Shown piece by piece: positions 55,992 to 63,932 of a stretch of DNA of 64,000 nucleotides (position 1 is its first letter; each line of letters opens with the position of its first letter). This stretch comes from a virus. The position numbers and the translations under genes are program-made. Below the pieces are notes generated by a model, which saw only the letters and a list, made by a program, of their open reading frames with translations, did not search any database and had not been told where the DNA came from. The stretch lies in the IMG/VR virus record IMGVR_UViG_3300027749_000042. One strand, written 5' to 3'.

Positions 55992-56036
55992 TTATCTTGA
56001 CAACCATTAAAGATTTATATATAATGCATAGAGAAT

Positions 56037-56111
56037 GCGGGTGTAGTTCAGGGGTAGAACATCAGATTTCCAATCTGAGTGTCGCTGGTTCGATTCCAGT
56101 CACCCGCTCCA
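56037..56111 (+). tRNA. tRNA-Gly(TCC)
   Basis: GCGGGTG/CACCCGC acceptor, TCAGA-TT-TCC-AA-TCTGA arm, GGTTCGATT, encoded CCA; promoter 55997-56025. Confidence 0.93.
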
Positions 56112-56224
56112 ACTTTCGCGAGTGGCTAGAAATAGCCCTCGTGATTGCTATCTGTAATTGGATGGCATTGAGTGTAGGAATCTTCCTACTATTATATAAT
56201 GTCTTTTTAGACTAAGGAGTAAAT

Positions 56225-56770
56225 ATGAAAAACACAATCACTACCATCTTCGCACTTGCACTAAGCACTTCCGCTTATGCAACTGACGTACCAAGCGGCA
56301 AGGTCGCTCCAAAGGCTCCCGTACCCGTCTTCGTAAGCGCCGACAATTATATCGGTGTTAATGTCGGAGCGAATGTCACTGATGGCGTCAACAGACAAGC
56401 TCCTACAGCTTTCGGCGTTATTGCAGGTCGTAAGGTTCTAGGTTTTGGTCCGATGGGTTTCACAGCAGAAGCCGCATATGATTACACCAAGGGCAATACT
56501 AACATGGTTTCAGGCAATGCGCTTGTATCATATACGTTTGGTCCTTTCTCTCCATACGCTCTTGGTGGTGTTGGCTATCGTTTTGTTGATAGCAAGCTTC
56601 CTGTTCGTGTTGGTGGTCCTAAGAATGAGGCAGTTTGGGCAGCTGGTGGTGGTATTAAGTTTGCGGTCACGTCCGCAATTGAGCTTGATGCTCGGTACCA
56701 TCGCGTAGAAAACTTTGACTACAAGCGTCCCGAAGATCGTATGTCTCTTGGAGTTAATTATAAGTTCTGA
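56225..56770 (+). CDS. Outer membrane beta-barrel protein (Omp25/Omp31/RopB-like)
   Basis: Signal peptide ending AYA, then TDVPSGKVAPKAPVP; amphipathic strands; C-terminal GVNYKF. Confidence 0.8.
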   Translation: MKNTITTIFALALSTSAYATDVPSGKVAPKAPVPVFVSADNYIGVNVGANVTDGVNRQAPTAFGVIAGRKVLGFGPMGFTAEAAYDYTKGNTNMVSGNALVSYTFGPFSPYALGGVGYRFVDSKLPVRVGGPKNEAVWAAGGGIKFAVTSAIELDARYHRVENFDYKRPEDRMSLGVNYKF

Positions 56771-57903
56771 TGATGAAAATATCCCTCACTGCGGATAAGT
56801 TTGGTTATTATGAAGTGGGGGGTAGAACCACATATAGTAAAATGGAAGCCCTTGAATGGGCTTCCACTACTAACATGAAGGCGGAGTGGAATTTTAATCG
56901 CTCCGCCTTTGAGTCTATGGATTGGAAGAAAGAGCCTACTGGTTCTCTTTGGGAAATGTACAAAGAGAGAGCGAGGCAAATCCGTGAAGAATACGATTAT
57001 GTTGTACTATGGTATAGCGGAGGTTCTGATAGTCATAATCTACTTTGGGCATGGTTGGATGCAGGTCTTAAAATAGACGAGATTGCAACAACATGGAATT
57101 ACGGTGCTACTGGCGATAAACAGAATCACTATAACGCAGAAATCACAAATGTGGTTTTGCCAGATATCGCAATGCTGAAAAATGCTGGTTACGAATTCGA
57201 GTTTCGTTTGATTGATATCTCACATTTCTGTATAAAACTTTTTAGTACATGGAATACAGAGTTTGAATATAACGTCAACTTCCATCTCAGTCCAAACAAT
57301 CCTGCAAAACACATATTCCGAAATGAGATTGACGATTATAAAAACATGATCGCTGATGGTAAGAAGTTATGTTTTGTTTGGGGTAAAGAAAAGCCAGTTC
57401 TTCAATATGAGAACGGTAAACATTTCTTCGTGTTTTCCGATAACATTGACAACACGGTTGGTCCATATGTTCAGAAAAAGTATCATCAAGGGTGGTATGA
57501 TGAGCTATTCTATTGGACACCTGATATGCCACAGCTGGCTATCAAGCAAGCGCATGTTCTAAAGAACTATGTGGAATCATGTATTGACGAATCGCAGTTC
57601 GAACCAAAGAGCGACACTAAATTTCAAACAGGTGGCTATTCGAAACGATTCGATGGGTATCTAAAAGATGCATATGTCAAGACAGCTATATATCCAAAAT
57701 GGTCAAATGATATTTTCTGTAATGGTAAAGCTGGATCTATGACATATAGCCAGCGTGATAGATGGTTCATCAAGTCGTCATTGCTCGAAAGACATAAGTT
57801 CATGTCAATAATGGATTCAATATATTCAGGTATCTATAAGAAAGATTTCTACGACAGACATAATTATTATCCATTTTACAGCTCAAGGTATTTTTTAGAA
57901 TGA
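56770..57903 (+). CDS. PP-loop (adenine nucleotide alpha hydrolase-like) protein
   Basis: YKERARQIR..YDYVVLWYSGGSDSHN. Confidence 0.65.
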   Translation: MMKISLTADKFGYYEVGGRTTYSKMEALEWASTTNMKAEWNFNRSAFESMDWKKEPTGSLWEMYKERARQIREEYDYVVLWYSGGSDSHNLLWAWLDAGLKIDEIATTWNYGATGDKQNHYNAEITNVVLPDIAMLKNAGYEFEFRLIDISHFCIKLFSTWNTEFEYNVNFHLSPNNPAKHIFRNEIDDYKNMIADGKKLCFVWGKEKPVLQYENGKHFFVFSDNIDNTVGPYVQKKYHQGWYDELFYWTPDMPQLAIKQAHVLKNYVESCIDESQFEPKSDTKFQTGGYSKRFDGYLKDAYVKTAIYPKWSNDIFCNGKAGSMTYSQRDRWFIKSSLLERHKFMSIMDSIYSGIYKKDFYDRHNYYPFYSSRYFLE

Positions 57904-58352
57904 ACAAATTTTATGAGACGCACACGCGCACGATAGCGAAGACGCTGACGATCAGAGTTCTATTCACTCTAAGCCATCTCTTGAATGGATTCATCGTTAC
58001 CGGTAGTTTCGTTATTGGAGCGCAGATTGCAGGCGTAGCAGCCATCATCAATATGGTTTTATTTTGGATTCACGACCGTGCGTGGGAATTTGCGGCATTC
58101 AATAGAAAACCAGGTGACACCAAGTTATTTGTTGACGGGCACCCAAGAACTATTAGCAAGAGCATAACGTGGCGGGCACTAATCACAATCAATAATTTTA
58201 TGATTCCATTCATAATGACTGGCTCTTGGCAATCGGCTATAGCGTTCCTAGGAATAGCTACCGTACTAAATATTATCGTATATTATGCTCATGAACGAGT
58301 TTGGAATGGTGTTGTTTGGGGAAAGAGAGAAAAAGATGTCGTTCAGCAATAA
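57900..58352 (+). CDS. Tandem DUF2061-like membrane protein
   Basis: Two repeats: RTIAKT...HDRAW and RTISKSITWR...HERVWN. Confidence 0.75.
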   Translation: MNKFYETHTRTIAKTLTIRVLFTLSHLLNGFIVTGSFVIGAQIAGVAAIINMVLFWIHDRAWEFAAFNRKPGDTKLFVDGHPRTISKSITWRALITINNFMIPFIMTGSWQSAIAFLGIATVLNIIVYYAHERVWNGVVWGKREKDVVQQ

Positions 58353-59712
58353 AACATTTTGTACGATGCCTTGGTCGTCTATTATGATTTTGCCATCAGG
58401 TGATTTCAAGATTTGTTGTTTCACAGGCCACAAGACATCAGATGGTCGTGATAGCCATGGTGTTGCTATAGATGATGACGGCAATTCAATGAATGTCCTG
58501 ACGCATTCTATCAAAGAAGCAATGAATAGTAAATGGCATAAAGAATTGCGAGTAGCGCAGTCACAAGGCAAGCGCCACGAGATATGCAAGGTGTGTTGGG
58601 ATCGTGATGATGCCGCAGCGACACATGATGAGGCTGCAACATCATTGCGCGTCGTGCGAACCTACTACCAGAATGCTGATAGCGGAACAAATCAATCCCG
58701 TAAACATTTTGGTGGGCATCCTATGACGGGTGCTGTTCTACCTGAGACTGCATCTGATATCATGACCGCTGGTGGTTCGATTGACATGATGCCAATCAGC
58801 TTGGATATGCGCTTTAGCAATCTATGCAATGCTAAATGCATCATGTGTGAACCTCTCTATAGCACACTTTGGTACGGAGATCAAATCGACGTAAATCAAA
58901 AAGATTTTTTTGATGTAGGACCAAAACGATATAACATCATTACCAAAACATCTCCTACCGGCCGCAAGACATATACCGATGACATGCCAAATTGGAATGA
59001 TGACCCTCGTTGGTGGAAACAGTTTGATGAACTAGCACCACATCTTCGTCACGTTTATATCACAGGTGGCGAACCTTTCATCCAGCCTGTCCATGATGTA
59101 TTCATCGAAAAGCTTGTCGAGCGCGGCTTCGCAAAAAACATTATCATCGAATATGATACCAATCTCAGCGTTTTGAATCCAAAGATTTTGAATTATCTCA
59201 CAGAGTTCAAAGATGTTATCATTCGCATCAGTGCCGATGATGTCGGCGAAAGGTATAACCTTGTTCGCTTTCCATTGAAGTTTGATCGCATCACCAAGAA
59301 CATAGAACTACTAAAGGAATATGGGCTCCACGAAAAAATTGTCAATATCACATCATGCATTGGTATTCATACCATTTTTGCTCCACTTACCATTCACAGA
59401 TATTTTAGTGCGCTCGGCTACGATAAGTATGTGTTCCGTATCCTTCGCTCTCCACCACAGGTCGATATCATCAATCTACCTCGAGCGGCCAAAGAAGCCG
59501 TGATAAAAATTTATGAGCAATCGGATCTTCCGCATTCAGACCAAAAGCATGTTGTTGGTTATCTGAAAAACAATCTGGATGCTCTATCAGATGAAAAGGC
59601 GCGAAATCAAATTTCGATTTTCAGACATTATATGAATTCTCTCGATCGGTCGCGTGGCACAGATTGGCGTGCTACAATACCCGAGGTGGACGCACTTATT
59701 GCTAAGTTCTAG
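58336..59712 (+). CDS. Radical SAM protein with N-terminal SPASM/twitch-like domain
   Basis: FCTMPW, KICC, CKVCW, NLCNAKCIMC (CxxxCxxC), ITGGEP. Confidence 0.88.
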   Translation: MSFSNKTFCTMPWSSIMILPSGDFKICCFTGHKTSDGRDSHGVAIDDDGNSMNVLTHSIKEAMNSKWHKELRVAQSQGKRHEICKVCWDRDDAAATHDEAATSLRVVRTYYQNADSGTNQSRKHFGGHPMTGAVLPETASDIMTAGGSIDMMPISLDMRFSNLCNAKCIMCEPLYSTLWYGDQIDVNQKDFFDVGPKRYNIITKTSPTGRKTYTDDMPNWNDDPRWWKQFDELAPHLRHVYITGGEPFIQPVHDVFIEKLVERGFAKNIIIEYDTNLSVLNPKILNYLTEFKDVIIRISADDVGERYNLVRFPLKFDRITKNIELLKEYGLHEKIVNITSCIGIHTIFAPLTIHRYFSALGYDKYVFRILRSPPQVDIINLPRAAKEAVIKIYEQSDLPHSDQKHVVGYLKNNLDALSDEKARNQISIFRHYMNSLDRSRGTDWRATIPEVDALIAKF

Positions 59713-59759
59713 TGGTGTGATAATTTAGCAACACCAAATCATCTAGTGGTTAGGGCGCC

Positions 59760-59788
59760 TTGACAATAGGCCCCCTTTCTGGTATTAT
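59760..59788 (+). promoter_or_regulatory. Early promoter (first of a series: 59861, 60125, 60746, 61458)
   Basis: TTGACA followed after 17 nt by a TANNAT -10, repeated before each small gene. Confidence 0.8.
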
Positions 59789-59919
59789 AGGGATATGAGT
59801 TGAGGTTAAGGCATGAGCGTAGCAATAACGAGCGTATCACAGTTTGTTACCATTATTACCTTGACAATCAAGCAGAAGCCTAGTAAGATGGTTATATAGT
59901 CAGAAAACGGAGCTAAAGC

Positions 59920-60066
59920 ATGACAATAGAATATATCTTCGAAACCTTTCGTGCGCTTGAGACTGTTGCAGAGCGTGTTACATACTTGCAAGAACTTGCA
60001 ACTCTTTCGCTGCCGTACGATATCAATTATGAAGCGTTAATCCGTGCATGGCTTGCATCAGAATAA
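59920..60066 (+). CDS. Small hypothetical early protein (48 aa, not in ORF track)
   Basis: SD GGAG; MTIEYIFETFRALE...LIRAWLASE. Confidence 0.6.
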   Translation: MTIEYIFETFRALETVAERVTYLQELATLSLPYDINYEALIRAWLASE

Positions 60067-60183
60067 ACAAAGATCGTAACATAAACAATTACAAAAATAA
60101 CCGACAAATCGCCGCTAGGTGCCATTGACAATCCAATCCGCTCCTAGTAGAATATAAAAGTAGGGTGAAATCAGAGGTACATC

Positions 60184-60717
60184 ATGAACTTTAAGCAAGC
60201 AGATCCGGTCGTCAACCTTCTCAAGGCTAATGGCAACCGCTTTACTCCCGCGCAGCTTGACGCCGCGACGGGTTCCGAACGCCGCTCCCGTCGGGCGCTG
60301 TTTCTCGCTCGTCAGATGGGTCTGGCTATCGAGGCAGTTCGTGATGGCGGCCGTGGCGTTACCGCTTACGTCCTTGCGTCTGGCGACCTTAGTGCCATTC
60401 CTGTCGCAGCGCCCAAAGCTGCTAAGGTCAAGGCTCCCAAGGTTGTAAAGACGCAAGCGCCGAAGGCGGTCAAGGACAAGGCGGTCAAGGTTGTCGATAC
60501 CTCTCGTCTGTCCGACGAGGCTAAGGCGGCAGTCAAGGCTAAGAACCTTGAGACCATGAAGGTTGTGTCTGCCAAAAAGCATCCTATCACCAAGCAAGCC
60601 ATGACCAAGACCCAAGAAGAGGTTCTTGAGGAGTTTGCCCGAATGGAATTGGCAGACAAGATCGACCCGCGTGAATATATGCCCGCCTTCCTTCTCAAGG
60701 AATCTTATAGCGAATAG
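60184..60717 (+). CDS. Early DNA-binding-like protein with Lys/Ala/Pro-rich linker
   Basis: HTH-like N-terminus; APKAAKVKAPKVVK repeats. Confidence 0.55.
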   Translation: MNFKQADPVVNLLKANGNRFTPAQLDAATGSERRSRRALFLARQMGLAIEAVRDGGRGVTAYVLASGDLSAIPVAAPKAAKVKAPKVVKTQAPKAVKDKAVKVVDTSRLSDEAKAAVKAKNLETMKVVSAKKHPITKQAMTKTQEEVLEEFARMELADKIDPREYMPAFLLKESYSE

Positions 60718-60788
60718 CAGCTTAATTTAAGAGTACCACAGGCCCTTGACAATCAAGCCCGTCTGTGGTATCATTAAGTTAAGATGAA

Positions 60789-61454
60789 ATGAACACGGAG
60801 AACATGGCCATGATTAAGCTTTCCAAAGCCTCTAAAATGCCCGCCAAATCCTGGTCGCTTCAGGCTCGCAAGACCTGCCCCGGTTCTATCGATCCGGTGA
60901 CAAAGGCCCCGGTTGAGGTGTGCGCTGGCTGCTATGCCACCGAAGGCTTCTACCAGATGCCTGACGCCATCGCATTGCGCGAACACAACCGCGAGGATTG
61001 GAAGCGCGGCGAGTGGGTTGATGATATGGTCAAGGAGTTGAAGCGCCAGAAATTTTTCCGTTGGTTCGACTCGGGTGACGTTTACCACCCGGCTCTGGCT
61101 TTCAAGATTTTTCTGGTCATGCAAAAGACTCCTCATGTCCAGCATTGGCTGCCCACGAAGTCTTACAAGGTCCCGCGCATCCGTGCGATCCTTGAGCGGA
61201 TGAAGGCCCTGCCGAACGCAGCGGTTCGCTATTCGTCGGACTTTATCAATGGCGCTTTTGAGCATGGTGAGCATGGCTCGACGGTTGTTCCGTTTGCCGA
61301 CTCCGAGACCGAAGCGTCCAAGGTGTGTGACGCATATGAGCGTGGTGGCAAATGTGGCGATTGCCGCGCTTGCTGGAGCAAGGATGTGGCTGTGGTTGCG
61401 TACCCCGCGCACGGGCGTCGTATGGGCAAGATTATGAAAAATCTTGCGGCCTAA
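60789..61454 (+). CDS. Gp88-like Cys-rich phage protein
   Basis: SKMP..SWSL.A..TCPGS, CAGCYA, FRWFDSGD, HWLPT, CGDCRACW. Confidence 0.75.
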   Translation: MNTENMAMIKLSKASKMPAKSWSLQARKTCPGSIDPVTKAPVEVCAGCYATEGFYQMPDAIALREHNREDWKRGEWVDDMVKELKRQKFFRWFDSGDVYHPALAFKIFLVMQKTPHVQHWLPTKSYKVPRIRAILERMKALPNAAVRYSSDFINGAFEHGEHGSTVVPFADSETEASKVCDAYERGGKCGDCRACWSKDVAVVAYPAHGRRMGKIMKNLAA

Positions 61455-61515
61455 GGGTTGACAATCCTGCCAGCTCGTGGTATTATGGTAATATGATGAT
61501 GAATGGAGAAAAGTG

Positions 61516-61779
61516 ATGGCGCAAGTAGCAACCAAGTCAGTTTCGATCCGTAAGATCATGGCTCGCCCTACCTTTCTACAGGGTGCCCGTGACGCCGCAA
61601 ACGGTCTAGGCTTTTGTTCCGATTACGATGATTTTTCCACAGCGGAACAGTGGTCGTATGAGCGCGGCCGCCTGTTTTATTTTGCTACGGGACTCAAGGC
61701 GTTCCGTGCAGGAGCTGGCGTAAGGCGTGAAGCCATCGTTCTCTATAAGTTTGGCCGTGCCAGCTTGTCCATTCTCTGA
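61516..61779 (+). CDS. Hypothetical early protein
   Basis: SD GGAG; QWSYERGR. Confidence 0.6.
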   Translation: MAQVATKSVSIRKIMARPTFLQGARDAANGLGFCSDYDDFSTAEQWSYERGRLFYFATGLKAFRAGAGVRREAIVLYKFGRASLSIL

Positions 61780-61787
61780 GGTGTCAA

Positions 61788-61997
61788 ATGAACCAGTTTT
61801 TGTCAAAGGATCCTGTGACGGCTATCACTGAAATCAAGGCTCGGTTGTATGACCGCCTAACCCGTAGCCGTCACCTGTTGCACCAATATGATTCCGCCAT
61901 GGCGGGATTGTCTCCGTCCGAGCTTGGGTATCGCGCTGGCATCCATGAGGAAATTATGTACCTAGAGCGTCTCCTAAACGATATCGAAAACAGCTAA
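61788..61997 (+). CDS. Hypothetical protein
   Basis: SD GAGGTG. Confidence 0.55.
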   Translation: MNQFLSKDPVTAITEIKARLYDRLTRSRHLLHQYDSAMAGLSPSELGYRAGIHEEIMYLERLLNDIENS

Positions 61998-62053
61998 AAT
62001 AGACCTTGACAATCCCGTCCCGACCATATAAAATAAAAATAATGGAGAGTGTG

Positions 62054-62257
62054 ATGCAATTTTTAGCCAAACCTAATCTAAATAACTCCATAGGTCAAAA
62101 GGTGTTCGATACGTTGGCAGAAGCAGTCAAGTACCTAGAATACAAAACTGGGCACAAAATGGATTTTGTTGTCGATAGAAAGACGAAGGTAAAAACCTAT
62201 GACTGGGAAATCATCGGTAAGCTCAAGCGGATCGAAGCGCAACCCAATCGCGCTTGA
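62054..62257 (+). CDS. Hypothetical protein
   Basis: SD GGAG; upstream TTGACA (62006) and TATAAATA (62027). Confidence 0.55.
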   Translation: MQFLAKPNLNNSIGQKVFDTLAEAVKYLEYKTGHKMDFVVDRKTKVKTYDWEIIGKLKRIEAQPNRA

Positions 62258-62399
62258 TTTGGCTACTACTAAATACCATGCTCGTGTCGTTGCATCTCGC
62301 AAAGGCTACAAGCGTAAAGGTCGCGTAGCTCAGCTGGATAGAGCAACGGATTTCTACTCCGTGGGCCGAGGGTTCGAATCCTTCCGCGACCGCCACTAA
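62199..62399 (+). CDS. ArfA-like alternative ribosome rescue factor reading into tRNA-Arg (40 codons precede the tRNA)
   Basis: KRNPIALDLATTKYHARVVASRKGYKRK resembles the ArfA core; SD GAAGGT; no stop before tRNA +1. Confidence 0.55.
   Translation: MTGKSSVSSSGSKRNPIALDLATTKYHARVVASRKGYKRKGRVAQLDRATDFYSVGRGFESFRDRH
62319..62395 (+). tRNA. tRNA-Arg(TCT)
   Basis: GGTCGCG/CGCGACC acceptor, ACGGA-TT-TCT-AC-TCCGT arm, GGTTCGAATCC, CCA. Confidence 0.95.
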
Positions 62400-62415
62400 C
62401 AAAGAGGTTGACAAG

Positions 62416-62784
62416 GTGACAAAGATCGTTTATAATGGTTGCTTCGGTGGCTTTGGTTTGTCCGATGCCTGCATTCGTAGGTACCTCAAGATAAAGGGTG
62501 TCCCTTTTACTGAGGAAGATTCGGAATATCCTAGCTTTCGCAATGTCCGATTTCGTATCGGTACTAGCGTAATGAATGAGGGTGACTTTTTCAATGATTG
62601 GAATATTGAGCGGACAGATCCTGTTCTCGCTCAAGCCGTAGAAGAGCTTGGTAAAGCTGCGTCTGGTTATTGTGCTGACCTGTGCATCCGTGAGTTAGCA
62701 CCTGGTACGCGGTACATTCTGCGAGAGTATGACGGTTCCGAATGGATCGAAACCGAAGATGAAATGGAATGGAGTGTAGCATGA
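62416..62784 (+). CDS. Conserved phage hypothetical protein
   Basis: KIVYNGCFGGFGLS...RTDPVL.QAVEELG...EYDGSE. Confidence 0.7.
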   Translation: MTKIVYNGCFGGFGLSDACIRRYLKIKGVPFTEEDSEYPSFRNVRFRIGTSVMNEGDFFNDWNIERTDPVLAQAVEELGKAASGYCADLCIRELAPGTRYILREYDGSEWIETEDEMEWSVA

Positions 62785-63035
62785 TCCGCATTGCAGCCGT
62801 CTCAGCATTAGCCCTCGCGCTCGCGGGCTGCAATGCGACCGTGTATGGTCCTCGCCCTACCATGGATGTTTACGTTCCGCCTCCGCGGTATATCGCGCAG
62901 GAGCCAGTGTATATACCACAGCCTGTCGCTAGGCCGTATTATGCACCACTCCGACGCCCGCGGTGTGCTACTGTGTGGGATCGCACTCCTCATGGGTACG
63001 TAGAGCGTCAGGTTTGCGGGAACCATATCCCGTAA
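62781..63035 (+). CDS. Pro-rich lipoprotein
   Basis: Signal peptide with lipobox LAGC. Confidence 0.65.
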   Translation: MIRIAAVSALALALAGCNATVYGPRPTMDVYVPPPRYIAQEPVYIPQPVARPYYAPLRRPRCATVWDRTPHGYVERQVCGNHIP

Positions 63036-63042
63036 AGATTTC

Positions 63043-63119
63043 GGACTCTTAGCTCAGTTGGTTAGAGCAGCGGTCTTTTAAACCGTTGGTGCTGGGTTCG
63101 AGTCCCAGAGAGTCCACCA
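63043..63119 (+). tRNA. tRNA-Lys(TTT)
   Basis: GGACTCT/AGAGTCC acceptor, GCGGT-CT-TTT-AA-ACCGT arm, CCA. Confidence 0.93.
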
Positions 63120-63124
63120 TATAA

Positions 63125-63202
63125 CCTCCGTTGGTGTAGCGGTCCAACATACCCGCCTTTCAAGCGCGGAGATCATCGGTTCAAATCCGATACGGAGGAC
63201 CA
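63125..63202 (+). tRNA. tRNA-Glu(TTC)
   Basis: CCTCCGT/ACGGAGG acceptor, CT-TTC-AA loop (one anticodon-stem mismatch), GGTTCAAATCC, CCA. Confidence 0.85.
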
Positions 63203-63213
63203 AAAAAGAGTGG

Positions 63214-63273
63214 TTGACAAAAGAGTGCCAACCTGCTACTATATAAGAATAGAGAATACGCTGTTTGACATTG
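63214..63273 (+). promoter_or_regulatory. Sigma70 promoter with downstream boxA-like element
   Basis: TTGACA-17-TACTAT (63214-63242); GCTGTTTGACATTG at 63260-63273. Confidence 0.6.
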
Positions 63274-63285
63274 CTGGTAAAGAAA

Positions 63286-63646
63286 AAGAAACGCCGGGGA
63301 TTCCTGCTTTTAGAGTAGGGATTCTTACCCCATCGTGGGTGTAACGGTTGTTTCTTCTAAAAGAGCTATGCGATGCTGCCACATCGTTAGTGGCAGCTAC
63401 AAGATATCTCGTATGGGGTATGCAAGATAGCTCTTTTAGAAGAAACAACTGATTAGGTATGGTGTTATGGAAAATCCCAGTGTTCCTGGGCAGCGCACAG
63501 TCCCTGGAGCCCTCTGTCCTGCAGGCACGGCATAAACTGAGTTGTAACTGAAAAGTGGGGTTGCTCCCACGCATAAGGTTACAGATTAAAGCGAACGGTA
63601 TGACAGTCTATCCATATCCATAACATAACACCATGCCTAATCAGTT
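63286..63646 (+). ncRNA. Unidentified structured ncRNA block with two 23-bp closing stems
   Basis: Inverted repeats 63347-63369/63427-63449 (perfect) and 63447-63469/63624-63646 (one G-U) enclosing internal hairpins; no plausible + strand ORF. Confidence 0.6.
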
Positions 63647-63648
63647 TT

Positions 63649-63725
63649 CGGAGATTGGCTCAGTCTGGTAGAGCATCGCGTTTGGGACGCGAGGGTCGCA
63701 GGTTCGAATCCTGCATCTCCGACCA
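63649..63725 (+). tRNA. tRNA-Pro(TGG)
   Basis: CGGAGAT/ATCTCCG acceptor, TCGCG-TT-TGG-GA-CGCGA arm, CCA. Confidence 0.95.
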
Positions 63726-63730
63726 ATTTA

Positions 63731-63806
63731 GGACCATTAGCTCAGCTGGTAGAGCAGGAGACTCTTAATCTCTTTGTCGCAGGTTCGAGCCCTGCATGGT
63801 TCACCA
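63731..63806 (+). tRNA. tRNA-Lys(CTT)
   Basis: GGACCAT/ATGGTTC acceptor, GGAGA-CT-CTT-AA-TCTCT arm, CCA. Confidence 0.93.
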
Positions 63807-63811
63807 AATGA

Positions 63812-63886
63812 TGGGGCATAGCTCAGTGGTAGAGCAAACGCTTGATAAGCGTTAGGTCGCTGGTTCGGATCCAGCTGTCCCAACCA
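63812..63886 (+). tRNA. tRNA-Ile(GAT)
   Basis: TGGGGCA/TGTCCCA acceptor, AACGC-TT-GAT-AA-GCGTT arm, CCA. Confidence 0.92.
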
Positions 63887-63932
63887 AATGCATATATAAA
63901 CTATAATAGCATTCGTTGTTATTATAGTTTGA

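Noticed and set aside
59813-59899. 28-codon ORF starting ATGAGCGTAGCAA like 15503
   Set aside because: Very short, runs across the next promoter, and similarity is limited to 13 nt; possibly a remnant.
63239-63574. 111-aa minus-strand ORF in the tRNA region
   Set aside because: Opposite a promoter-driven, highly paired RNA region; no protein features.
63274-63646. tmRNA, RNase P RNA, group I intron or c-di-GMP riboswitch identity for the ncRNA block
   Set aside because: No tag reading frame or tRNA-like ends and no GAGGAAAGUCC. The resemblance of ACGCATAAGG...TATGACAGTC to riboswitch or intron elements is only partial.
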